Position numbers and translations under genes: made by a program | Shown: in pieces, positions 53,653 through 64,000 of the stretch | Layout of the letters: each line of letters begins with the position of its first letter | How positions within the stretch are numbered: position 1 is the first letter of the stretch | Notes under the pieces: model-generated | The model's database searches: none | The model's input: the letters and a program-made list of their open reading frames with translations, nothing else | Told to the model about the DNA's origin: nothing | NCBI RefSeq assembly: GCF_006345805.1 | Contig: NC_043000.1 | Location: 113,584,001 to 113,648,000 of the forward strand | Direction of reading: 5' to 3' | Source: Octopus sinensis | Taxonomy: Eukaryota | DNA: 64,000 bases

Positions 53653-54730
53653 ATGTTTCTTTATTAGCCACACAGGGCTGCACACAGATAGAACAAATTA
53701 CAAGGTAGAGCTTTTCTTTTGAAGGTTTAAAAAAAATTTTTAAAAAAAAGAAAAAAGGAAGGGGGAGTTTCGATCAAAAGGGATCGTAAAAGGAGAGAAA
53801 GAGGACAAAAAAAAAGGGGGGTTAAAAAAAAGGGGGAGAGGAAAAAAAAAAAAAATTTGATCAATAGGGATCGTTATCACAGAAATGTCAATATGAAGTG
53901 TAAAGGGGAGGACAGGTGAGGTTTACCCGTGGAAAGAAAAGCCTACGGAAAAGACCACGGTAACCTCGGTCAATGGAGTCACATGTTATATTTCTTTTTT
54001 TTTTTTTTTGCAAATAAGCAACTCTCTGTTTTCAATTTCTGGGTTCATAGGATCATGCTCAAGGTGGCTTCGTCATTCATACGTGCCATTCTTGCTACAT
54101 TCACCCATCTTTTTTTAAAACATTCGCTAAACAAAACTTGCCTCTCTACTCTCACTTTCCTTTTCAAGTGGTACTTGAAGAAGTTGATGAGAGATTGACC
54201 AGAGAGGAAAGTGTTTGTCTCCAATCCTTTCAGACGCGTCCACCAGATACATTCTTTCGCCATAGCCACAAGGATGATGAAAATAGCTCTTCCTCCCGTT
54301 TGAAGGAGGGAGGCGTGACAATATTAACGATAGACTCAGCTGATAAACCGACTCGTCCCACACGTGACAGCAGTTGTTCGACACAAGCCCACAGGTCGGA
54401 AATTGTTGGACACTGCACGAGTGCGTGCAGAACGGTTTCGTCGCTCTGACCGCATCTCGGGCAGGTCGGCCCCGTGTTTCTCGAGCCGTGTCTGTAGAGC
54501 TTATCCCGAACGGGTAGCGCTTCTCGGTAGCACTGCCAGGCCAGGGATCTCTGGAAGTTGTCCATGGGCCCTGGCCCGAAAGTTGTTCTGAACAGGCGGG
54601 TCAGGTACTCCTCGTCGACGTCCAGGTTCGCCCCGAGCTCGTCGTCGTACCTCCCCTCCACTAAACCCCTATAGAATGCTTTGGTTGTGTTGAAGTCACT
54701 CAAGGTCGACCCAGGACGGCAGAGTTGCTT
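53653..54730 (-). mobile_element. 5'-truncated Tx1/L1-like LINE copy B, tandem to copy A
   Basis: FQRSLAWQCYREALPVRDKLYRHGSRNTGPTCPRCGQSDETVLHALVQCPTISDLWACVEQLL, stop at 54045. Confidence 0.93.
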
Positions 54731-55269
54731 AGATATAGACACACATTCACGAGTGAGTGTGTGAATGGGTTTTCTAGCATGGACAGCACTGTCCATATCT
54801 ATGAATCTGATATAAATGATTTTGGAATTAGGCTAACATGAGTATTCAACCACGGAAATCCAGGAACTTCACTGAACCCCCTGATTACATAACCGAAAAA
54901 TTGAAACAAATTCCAAATCAGAGAATGAAGCTCATGGATTCATAATCTAGTACCGTGGTTATAAACCATTTTTTTGTTTTCGTTATCAATGGACCCGTTT
55001 AATTAATACTTTATTGTCGTGGACCCCACCTCCCTTGTCGTTTGATGTTTAACAAACTATGAAATTATTTCATAGGTCCTACTTTCAAGATTCCTCATTT
55101 TGTTTTTCACACATTCACTTGTTTAGGTTTGCGACGGAACTCTTTGAGAGAACATGATTCAGTGACTGGACACATAAACGATGTAAATCGTTTCAGAAAG
55201 AAAACCGTTTTTTACAATAAATATATATAAAGCAAAATACAACCATGGGAACACACTTTACTGCTTTGC

Positions 55270-55400
55270 TTGCGGGAACTCCACAAAATCAGTACGAAAC
55301 CCTAGGGGGTCATACGGAGCCCGATTGAGAACAGTGCTTCCCAAAGAGGGCGGTACTACCCCCGGGGGACAGTGGAATGATTCGGGGGCAGGACGTTGTA
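55270..55400. mobile_element. Possible abutting hAT-type MITE termini
   Basis: ...ggagcccgattgagaacagtg overlaps cagtgcttcccaaagagggcggtactaccccc. Both resemble hAT MITE ends. Confidence 0.35.
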
Positions 55401-55792
55401 GAAAAATGGGGCATGAATGGGGTGACCAAAACGAGGCAATGGATGTAAAAAAAAAAAAGAAACAAAATAAAGGGTTAAATAGGTTAGGTTTTATTTGTGA
55501 AATACTGTTGTTTTGAGTTTGCCGCAGAAAATGGTCTGTTTGTGATGGTGAGTGGGAGGTGAGTACTACGAATGTGGCCTTAGAACCAAGGAGGCGGCAG
55601 CGTGAAAAAGATTTGAAACCAATGTTCTTTATAGCGAATGGGCCTGTGAGGATTGAAAAACAGGGCAGAAAACTTACCATATTTAGAAAGAAAATGAAGA
55701 TCGTTTTAAATTTTCTAAAATCGTTCAAAACCCACAACAAGAGAGAATTATAGCAATACATTTTCTTGTAAGGCTGTTCACTAATAAAAGTA

Positions 55793-56011
55793 GGGTGCAG
55801 GAGGAAAGAAACTCTCTTCCTAATCATATGGTTCAGGGTTCAGTCCCACTGCGTGGTGCATTGGGCAGGTGTCTTCTACTAAAGCCTCGGGCCGACCAAA
55901 GCCTTCTGAGTGGATTTGGCGGTCGGAAACTGAAAGAAGCCCGACGTGTATACAAGCACACACATACACACATATTTATATATATACTGTGTTGGTGTGT
56001 GTGCGTGTGTA

Positions 56012-56069
<58 letters not shown>

Positions 56070-56680
56070 GTGTGTGTGTGTGTGTACTATATGGCTCAGA
56101 AACCTGGACGTTATCAAAGAAGCTTGAGAGGCGGTTGGATGGAACCTACACTCGCCTCCTTATGAGAGCTCAAAATCTCTCGTGGAAGCGCCATCCAACC
56201 AAAATGCAAATATATGGGAAATTACCACCTGTGTCATCTCTTGTGAAGGGTAGGAGAGTCCAGTTTGCTGGACATTGTTGTAGAGCTGAAAAAGAAGTAA
56301 TTTCTACTCTTCTCCTCTGGAAGCCATCTACTCGCAATACCAGAGGGCGCACACTCTCCTACCCTGATGTAATCTCCAGGGATACAGGCATCCAGCAACA
56401 GGACCTCCGTAATGCTATGATGGACCGTGAAGTCTGGCGTAACATAGTAAATTCCATTGTCTCGACCACGGTCGAACAATGATGAATGATGATGATGTTT
56501 GTCTCTCAACGCCACTTGCCAACTGATGGTAGTGTGTTTACGCCCTCGTAACCAAGATTTTCGACAGAATAAGTATCAATCTTAAAACAGAAAATAATTC
56601 CTGGGTCCCATTCATGGGACTAAAAATTCTTCAAAGCGGTGCCCCAGTATGACTGCAGTCTAATGACTGAAAGAAGTAAA
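55793..56680 (+). mobile_element. SINE family E interrupted by an RTE insertion
   Basis: Head at 55793-55950, internal (AT)/(GT) run, then RTE. The SINE resumes at gtttgtctctcaacgccacttgccaactgatgg. Confidence 0.85.
56086..56497 (+). mobile_element. Young RTE-clade LINE 3' fragment with an uninterrupted ORF end and (TGA)n tail
   Basis: LYGSETWTLSKKLERRLDGTYTRLLMRAQNLSWKRHPT...RRVQFAGHCCRAEKE...MMDREVWR...TTVEQ* then tgatgaatgatgatgat. Confidence 0.93.
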
Positions 56681-57183
56681 AGATCAATGACAAAGGACAA
56701 TATTTGTTGCGAGATATGGCATTTGGTATACATCAACTTCAGAACCAAAGATTTTGGAAATGCGATTCCATTTTCCGTTTTGAAAATTTTCAGACAATCG
56801 ACCAAGAATTATTTTTGTATTTTTTTAAGAATTTTCCCCGTGTTAAACGTATACATTCGCTGCTCACAATATACTTAAATGAACTAAAGTTCATTTCTGT
56901 GCCGTTATTGATATATTGGTAATTGTATTACGCAAATTTAGAAATTTCTATTTAAAATTAAATCGTTTAAAATAGAAAAGCATAATTCTTTCTATTCAGG
57001 TATAGTTTGAATTGTAAATAATTAATTGGGTTAAATTGACGTCTATCATTAGAGCAGAATACTTAAATTGACATGGCTGTGTGTGTGTGTGCGAGTTAGT
57101 GTGCGTATGGTGAATATGTGTGTGCGTGTGCGCGGGTATGGTGTGTCTGTGCGTGTAAGTATACGTATATTCATATATGTGTG

Positions 57184-57249
<66 letters not shown>

Positions 57250-58169
57250 ACGATAGACAAGGAGAGACGCACACAGATAGACAGATAGACAAAATAACAG
57301 ATAGGCAGACAGACAGACAGATAGATTGATAGACAGAGAGACAGACAGACAGACAGACACACAGACAGACACACAGACAGACACACAGACAGACAGAAAT
57401 ATAGATAGACAGACAGACAGAAAGATAGATAAATAGATAGACAGATAGACAGACAGAGAGACAGATATATAGATTGATTAATTAAGCGATTGACTGATTG
57501 GTTGCTTGATTAAATGATTGATTGATTGATTGATTGATTGAATGATTGATTGACTGATTGATTGACTGATGACTGACTGACTGACTGATAGATCGATTCA
57601 TCAATTGATTGATTTTGCAACACAATCTTCAAGTTCGATACATCGAGACGCCTCCCATTTTGAGATGGAAACTATTCATGAAGCCGGTAACATTCCCTAA
57701 TGCGCACAAACAGGCAAAGGAAGGCAGCTCCGATGACAAAGTCAACATCCATGGACCAAATTGCGTAAGGAACAAAAATTATGGGAATATATATATATAT
57801 ATATGAATAATAAATGAGTGGAATTTGAACCGGTGAGTGTGTTAGATATTAAGGCATTAAGGCAGTATGACTCTCAGTATGACACAACAAAATTTGTTTC
57901 AACACACGCAAACACATATAAGGTTGATGAATACGATTAACGCTTGGAGCTTTACACAATTAAAAATGCGGCTTACGTACAATGTCTCAGGTGGAATAGA
58001 TTGAACTCATTTTCTGTCAGTTGCTTTCATGAGAAACAGTCACACGACAAGAAATGTCCAAATCAGTGAACATTACAGAAATTTTGAGACGAAACACGAG
58101 TAATAGGCTAGTATCTATATAGGAAAACAACAAATATATAATAATAATAATAATATATATATATATATT

Positions 58170-58433
58170 GGTAAAACGGTAAGATAACAAAAGAAATAAA
58201 GAGACCTCAATATTATGTAAATAGAGGAAATTTATCTATACAATAATATGTTACATTACTCGATAGTCAAGATAAAACTCTGAGTTTCAGATGCCGAAGT
58301 GGGAATCTACATCTCTTCGGTATTTTTTCATAATGTTTTCAAATAGCCAGATATCCGAAGAGATGTCGTGGATTCCCACTTCGGCATCTGAAACTCAGAG
58401 TTTTATCTTGACTATCGAGTAATGTAACATATT

Positions 58434-58441
<8 letters not shown>
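58170..58441. mobile_element. Palindromic element, family H2, second copy
   Basis: Arms 58237-58323 and 58351-58441 are nearly perfect complements with a 27-nt spacer. The core reads CCGAAGA...GGCATCTGAAAC. Confidence 0.8.
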
Positions 58442-58514
<73 letters not shown>

Positions 58515-58859
58515 TCTGTGCTTATGTATGTATGTATGTATGTATGTATGTATGTATGTATGTATGTTTTGCGTTACGTGTGTCTTCTCATACATATACT
58601 TGCATATCTAGACATGCTCATATACATTTAAATGATAAAAATTCAGGACAGTTTTACAGATTTTTGCAGTTCCAGTGATGGATTGGATCTGTAGCCTTCG
58701 AATTAGCTTTCTCCTTTTTTGTTTTAAAAGGCTTAATTCCTCAAGATTGATATTTAGGCAGTGTTATGCATGTATGTATGCATGTATGTATGTATGTATG
58801 TATGTATGTATGTATGTATGTATGTATGTATGTATGCATGTATGTATGTATGCATGCAC

Positions 58860-59012
58860 GTATTCGAGATTCTATCAGTTTCCGTCTACTAAATCCTCCG
58901 TCCGAGGCTATAATATAAAATACATGCTTAGGTTGCCACGCAGTAAGACTGAACGTGGAACCATGTTTTCAGGATGCAGGCTTTTTTTACCTCACAGCCA
59001 CGCGTGCACCTA
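58860..59012 (-). mobile_element. SINE family E head, diverged
   Basis: atcagtttccgtctactaaatcc...gttgccacgcagtaagactgaacgtggaaccatg...cacagccacgcgtgcacc. Confidence 0.7.
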
Positions 59013-59345
59013 ACAGTATATTTATTATGAATTTCCTTGAGAGGATATATATAAAAATGTTTCAAGAGACAAACAATTAACCGTAATTTTGAGAGTCAAA
59101 ATGGAAACGATGAGAATTATGAAAAAATCTTTTTACTTTTTCTTAATCAATTCATATTGTAAATAATCCATAGAATGAGATAATGTTTAAAAGGATTTAC
59201 GTCTGTGATTTTTACAGACATATTTTCTCATAATGGACGGGTATATAAATAAATAAATATGATCTGATCAGCAACTGAAATCAAAATAAATGTTAAAAAT
59301 GTGAAGAAAAAAAAAAAAAATATATATATATATGTGTGTGTGTGT

Positions 59346-59387
<42 letters not shown>

Positions 59388-59723
59388 TGTGTGTGTGTGT
59401 GTGTGTAATTGGAACAAGAATGCAATAGAGGACATTAAAACATTCAGACAGATAGAGGATACAAAGGCGGTCTGAGAAACACAATTAGAAGGACAGGTAA
59501 AAAAAAAAAAACGGGTTATTAGTGGGCCTCATTCCTCAGTCAATTACCAGAATTCACGGCCATTTCGGACAGTTGCACTTGAGATGGTTCGATCTGGTTG
59601 CTCCAGATATCTGTATATATATATACACATACATAAATATGTATGTTTGCGTTTGTGTGAGTGCGTGAGTGAGTGTATGTGTGCGTGTGTGCGTGAGTAT
59701 TTGCATACATCTATGTGTATGTG

Positions 59724-59786
<63 letters not shown>

Positions 59787-59791
59787 GATAG

Positions 59792-59854
<63 letters not shown>

Positions 59855-59859
59855 GATAA

Positions 59860-59890
<31 letters not shown>

Positions 59891-59897
59891 GATAGAT

Positions 59898-60512
59898 AAA
59901 ACTTATTTGGAAGAGAAAGCGTGGCGTTCAATCATATAATAGTATAAATAATATGTATGTATATACATATACATGCATATATACATACGTATATATACAT
60001 ACATCTATACGTATATATATGCATATGTGGGCACAGGACTTTACGAAACGTGTACAACAAAAAATATGAAGAACGAATACATGGAACATGAAATATTCTT
60101 TCGAACAACGGAAGTCACAAATGGAAAACAAAACAAAGAACGACTCTTCATCAGTTGTTGTCTGTTTTTCTACTTTCATATTTCGAGCATTTAACTACAA
60201 TATACGCTTTCGATAAAACAGTTGGTCCCGCAAAGCAAATTAAATAAAATTTGGGATTTTGCAGAGGGTCAAAATTGGTAACACAAACAGGATAGTGAAA
60301 ACAAGCAGGAAGGGCTGCTAAGCATAGACGAGGTTGTTGTGGCTAACGTGCAAATCAAGCTTGGACAGCAGACAAACAAGAACACGTCTTACTTGTTCTA
60401 GCTACAACGGAGAGAAAAAAAGAAACACAAGTTAGGAAAAGAAAGAAAGATGGCCGATGATCACGAGGGAACCACGTAATGTATGTAGTATGTATGTATG
60501 TATGTATGTATG

Positions 60513-60582
<70 letters not shown>

Positions 60583-60586
60583 ATAT

Positions 60587-60682
<96 letters not shown>

Positions 60683-61270
60683 AACTTATTTGGAAGAGAA
60701 AGCGTGGCGTTCAATCATATAATAGTATAAATAATATGTATGTATATACATATACATGCATATATACATACGTATATATACATACATCTATACGTATATA
60801 TATGCATATGTGGGCACAGGACTTTACGAAACGTGTACAACAAAAAATATGAAGAACGAATACATGGAACATGAAATATTCTTTCGAACAACGGAAGTCA
60901 CAAATGGAAAACAAAACAAAGAACGACTCTTCATCAGTTGTTGTCTGTTTTTCTACTTTCATATTTCGAGCATTTAACTACAATATACGCTTTCGATAAA
61001 ACAGTTGGTCCCGCAAAGCAAATTAAATAAAATTTGGGATTTTGCAGAGGGTCAAAATTGGTAACACAACAGGATAGTGAAAACAAGCAGGAAGGGCTGC
61101 TAAGCATAGACGAGGTTGTTGTGGCTAACGTGCAAATCAAGCTTGGACAGCAGACAAACAAGAACACGTCTTACTTGTTCTAGCTACAACGGAGAGAAAA
61201 AAAGAAACACAAGTTAGGAAAAGAAAGAAAGATGGCCGATGATCACGAGGGAACCACGTAATGTATGTAG
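59898..61270. repeat. Direct tandem duplication with a 783-bp period
   Basis: 59898-60488 and 60681-61270 are identical apart from one 1-bp indel that I could see, separated by (TATG)n(TA)n(GATA)n. Confidence 0.95.
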
Positions 61271-61699
61271 GTATGTACGTGAAAAGTGTATGTAAGTTGT
61301 AGAACACGAATTTTCTTGTCATTAAACGATATTCCACGAGAAAACGATTCATTAAAACAACAACAACATTCTGTGAGAGTCAAAATGTTTATCTAGAACA
61401 GTGTATTGATGTGTTAAATATCTGTTACCTAAATCTATTTAGCACACTAAAATAGGATATTGGTTAACTAAATCAACACGCTCGTCGCCTGGCAACAAAT
61501 CATATAGGCCTCCAGGTAATTTCGTTATTATGCAATTTGATTTCGTTAACTAATGTCCCATATTAGTGTGCTAAATAGATTTCAACGCCATAGATATTAT
61601 AGACATAGATACTAGATACATGTGTCTGTTTCAGTGTATCTCTGTGTATGTAAGTATATATGTCTATATATGTATGAGTGTACGTGTATGAATATATAT

Positions 61700-61923
61700 A
61701 GGACGGGGTGTGGTGAAAGTTTCCTGGCTTCATGGGTGTCGTGAAAGGCCTGGTTGGAGGCCAAACCTTCCGAGGTCTTTTGCAGGGATTAGAAAAACTG
61801 AAGGAGCGCTGCAATAAGTGTGTCAATCTGAGAGGGGAATATATTGAGTAAAATTATAATTAAATAATCTTCCTGTATTTTCTTTTACTCAAAACCATGA
61901 TCTTTTCGGCACCTTCCGGGGTA
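61700..61923 (+). mobile_element. Internally deleted mariner (MITE-like)
   Basis: Decayed TIRs (gacggggtgtggtgaaagtttcctggctt and aaaaccatgatcttttcggcaccttccggggta). Encodes QGLEKLKERCNKCVNLRGEYIE*, a mariner C-terminus. Confidence 0.8.
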
Positions 61924-62205
61924 CATATATAAACACACACATACAAATATATATAGTTTTAAATATACATCGTTGTTCATCTCAGTCATCAGAGTTCAGC
62001 CACGCTGAGGCATCGCCTTAAATGGTTTTAGTCGTTCACATGAATCTCAGTACTTATTTTCTCGATTGACAGTTATCGCACCGCTAAGTTACGGATCATA
62101 AACACAGACTTATTCCTGAAACAGTATGAAACGTGTAGTCAAGCATAGAGACAGACAAGCAAAAACAATGCGTAGTAAACGCATACATTTAAATAAGCGT
62201 GAATA

Positions 62206-62770
62206 TACAAGAGTTGGCTAAAATAATGGAACCACCTTAAAATTTCAAACAAATTTATTTTAATATAGGGTAGGACAACCTTTGGCAATAAATACAGCCT
62301 TAATTCTATGAGGTATGGACTCGTACAAAGTTTGAATTGTTTCCAAAGGAATTTTTTGTCCGTTCTTCAGCTAAAACAGTCTCCAGTTCTTGTAGTGGTG
62401 ATGGTGAAGGATATCGACTCCTTACTTGATTTTCTAAAGTGCACCATAAATGTTCAATAATATTGAGATCTGGGGACTGTGGTGGCCAGATATGATGTTC
62501 AACTTCACTAGAATGTTCCTCATGCCATTCTGTAACAACTTTAGCTGTGTAAATTGGTACATTATCACCCTGAAAGATTGCGTTTCCCTCTGGAAACAGT
62601 TCCGTAACCATAGGATGAATTTGACCAGATAAAATGCTTAAATAGTCTTGACTATTAACTCTGCCATAAAGGGAAACCTTTGGGCCGGCGGATTTCCAAG
62701 ATATAGCCCCCCCCCTCAGAACATCACAGCCCTTCCTCCATGTTTAACAGTTGGAAGAAGGCATTCTATC
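62206..62770 (-). mobile_element. Tc1-like transposon 3' half (DD34E region)
   Basis: ECLLPTVKHGG...; FQGDNVPIYTAKVV...WPPQSPDLNIIEHLWCTLENQVR. TIR-like end tacaagagttggctaaaataatggaaccacc. Confidence 0.9.
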
Positions 62771-62810
62771 TTAAAATCTCACAACGAGAGATATTCAGCA
62801 ACAGGGCTTC

Positions 62811-63197
62811 GTAGTAAAGATTGCTTGCCAACATAACATGGCAGTCCTGGTTTAGGACGAATGGTGCTGTAATTTAACCCCAGGAGACATCGTCTCCAGC
62901 TGGCTATACGACACGATCTGTGTCCTTATATTTTCTATATATTTCGAACGGGAATTTGGCAGCACCGCCGCTAGCCGAACAATTATTCTGTGCTGATGAA
63001 GGGAAATCACCCGGAAATCGTGATACACAGATATTGTTTTGAGCTGAGTGGGGGTGCTAGATTCCCTTGTTCGAAAATATAAGGACAGAGATCGTATCGT
63101 ATAGCCAGCTGTAGACGATGGCTCCTGGGGCTAAATTACAGCAACATTCGTCCTAAACCAGGATTGCCAGGTTATGTTGGCATACAATCTTTATTAC
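62811..63197. mobile_element. 387-bp foldback element (family H3) with a hammerhead-like motif at the hairpin apex
   Basis: gtagtaaagattgcttgccaacataac... pairs with ...gttatgttggcatacaatctttattac, and pairing continues inward to TCTGTG/CACAGA. Confidence 0.85.
62987..63031 (+). ncRNA. Putative minimal type I hammerhead ribozyme
   Basis: TCTGTG-CTGATGA-A-GGG-AAATCA-CCC-G-GAAA-TC-GT-GA-T-A-CACAGA: 6-bp stem I, intact core, 3-bp stem II, self-complementary stem III, AUA cleavage triplet. The first stem II position is a non-canonical A/G. Confidence 0.55.
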
Positions 63198-63957
63198 AAT
63201 ATAGAATTTGTTTTGTCTTGGGAGAGACATTATACCAGTAATAGTAATAACACACGCACATGTTCAATTCCACAATGACTCCTCCAAGACACAACAAAAT
63301 TTGTTTCAACATATGAAATAACATCAAGAATCTTACAGTCCTAATAGAAAAATGAAATATAGAATTGATTCTTGACCAATTTCGTTTCAAATTTTGTCTG
63401 AAAATCGATAAACATGAGTCGACAACAAAATTATCGATAAAATAGAATCCTTCAACATACAGAGAATTCAAAAATTACCAGGATTCAAAATCCAATTTGA
63501 GTATATTTTTAGGTTTTATAAATCGAAGAATTTCACATAATGAAGAGCACGTGTTTCCTGTCTTTACTGCTAACTATGGATTCTTTTGGAAGAAGGAACC
63601 AAATTGGCAAATGCCGAATTATATGTTTTTTGCCATTAAACACACACACACACACACAGAGGCATTCATATACATACATAGATGATAATATATATATATA
63701 TATATATATTATAATATATATATATATATATATCTATATTATATATATATATATTATATATATATATAATATATATATACATAATATAAATATACATCAA
63801 AACACACACATACACACACACACATATATATGTACATTTGTACATGTGTGAGCATGTGTGTGCGCGCATGTTTCATATATGTAACTACATAGATAGGTAG
63901 GTATGAAGGAAGGTCGAAAGGCCTGTAGGTAGGGTGAATGTATATATATATATATTA

Positions 63958-64000
<43 letters not shown>

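Noticed and set aside
55258-55827. 189-aa minus-strand ORF
   Set aside because: It spans MITE-like termini and a SINE head, its composition is not protein-like, and it has no motif.

Overview
Repeat-saturated, AT-rich animal genomic DNA, intergenic or intronic. The tRNA-headed SINE families and very high microsatellite load are most consistent with an octopus/coleoid cephalopod genome (inferred from repeat content only). I found no host protein-coding gene I can support, and no rRNA, tRNA gene or CRISPR array. Most ORFs in the supplied track are translations of microsatellites. The recognisable protein-coding pieces are transposon remnants: Tx1/L1-like and RTE LINEs, a possible R4/Dong-like 3' end, and mariner and Tc1 transposases. 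Five observations stand out. (1) Three unrelated small element families carry minimal hammerhead-ribozyme-like cores (CUGANGA...GAAA): a 387-bp foldback with the core at the hairpin apex, and two palindromic elements with one core per arm. (2) Tx1-like LINE 3' ends are stacked inside one (GATA)n array, suggesting microsatellite-specific targeting. (3) One SINE variant has a tail matching that Tx1 3' end. (4) A local templated-insertion scar can be resolved base by base. (5) SINE heads and tails are shuffled between families.
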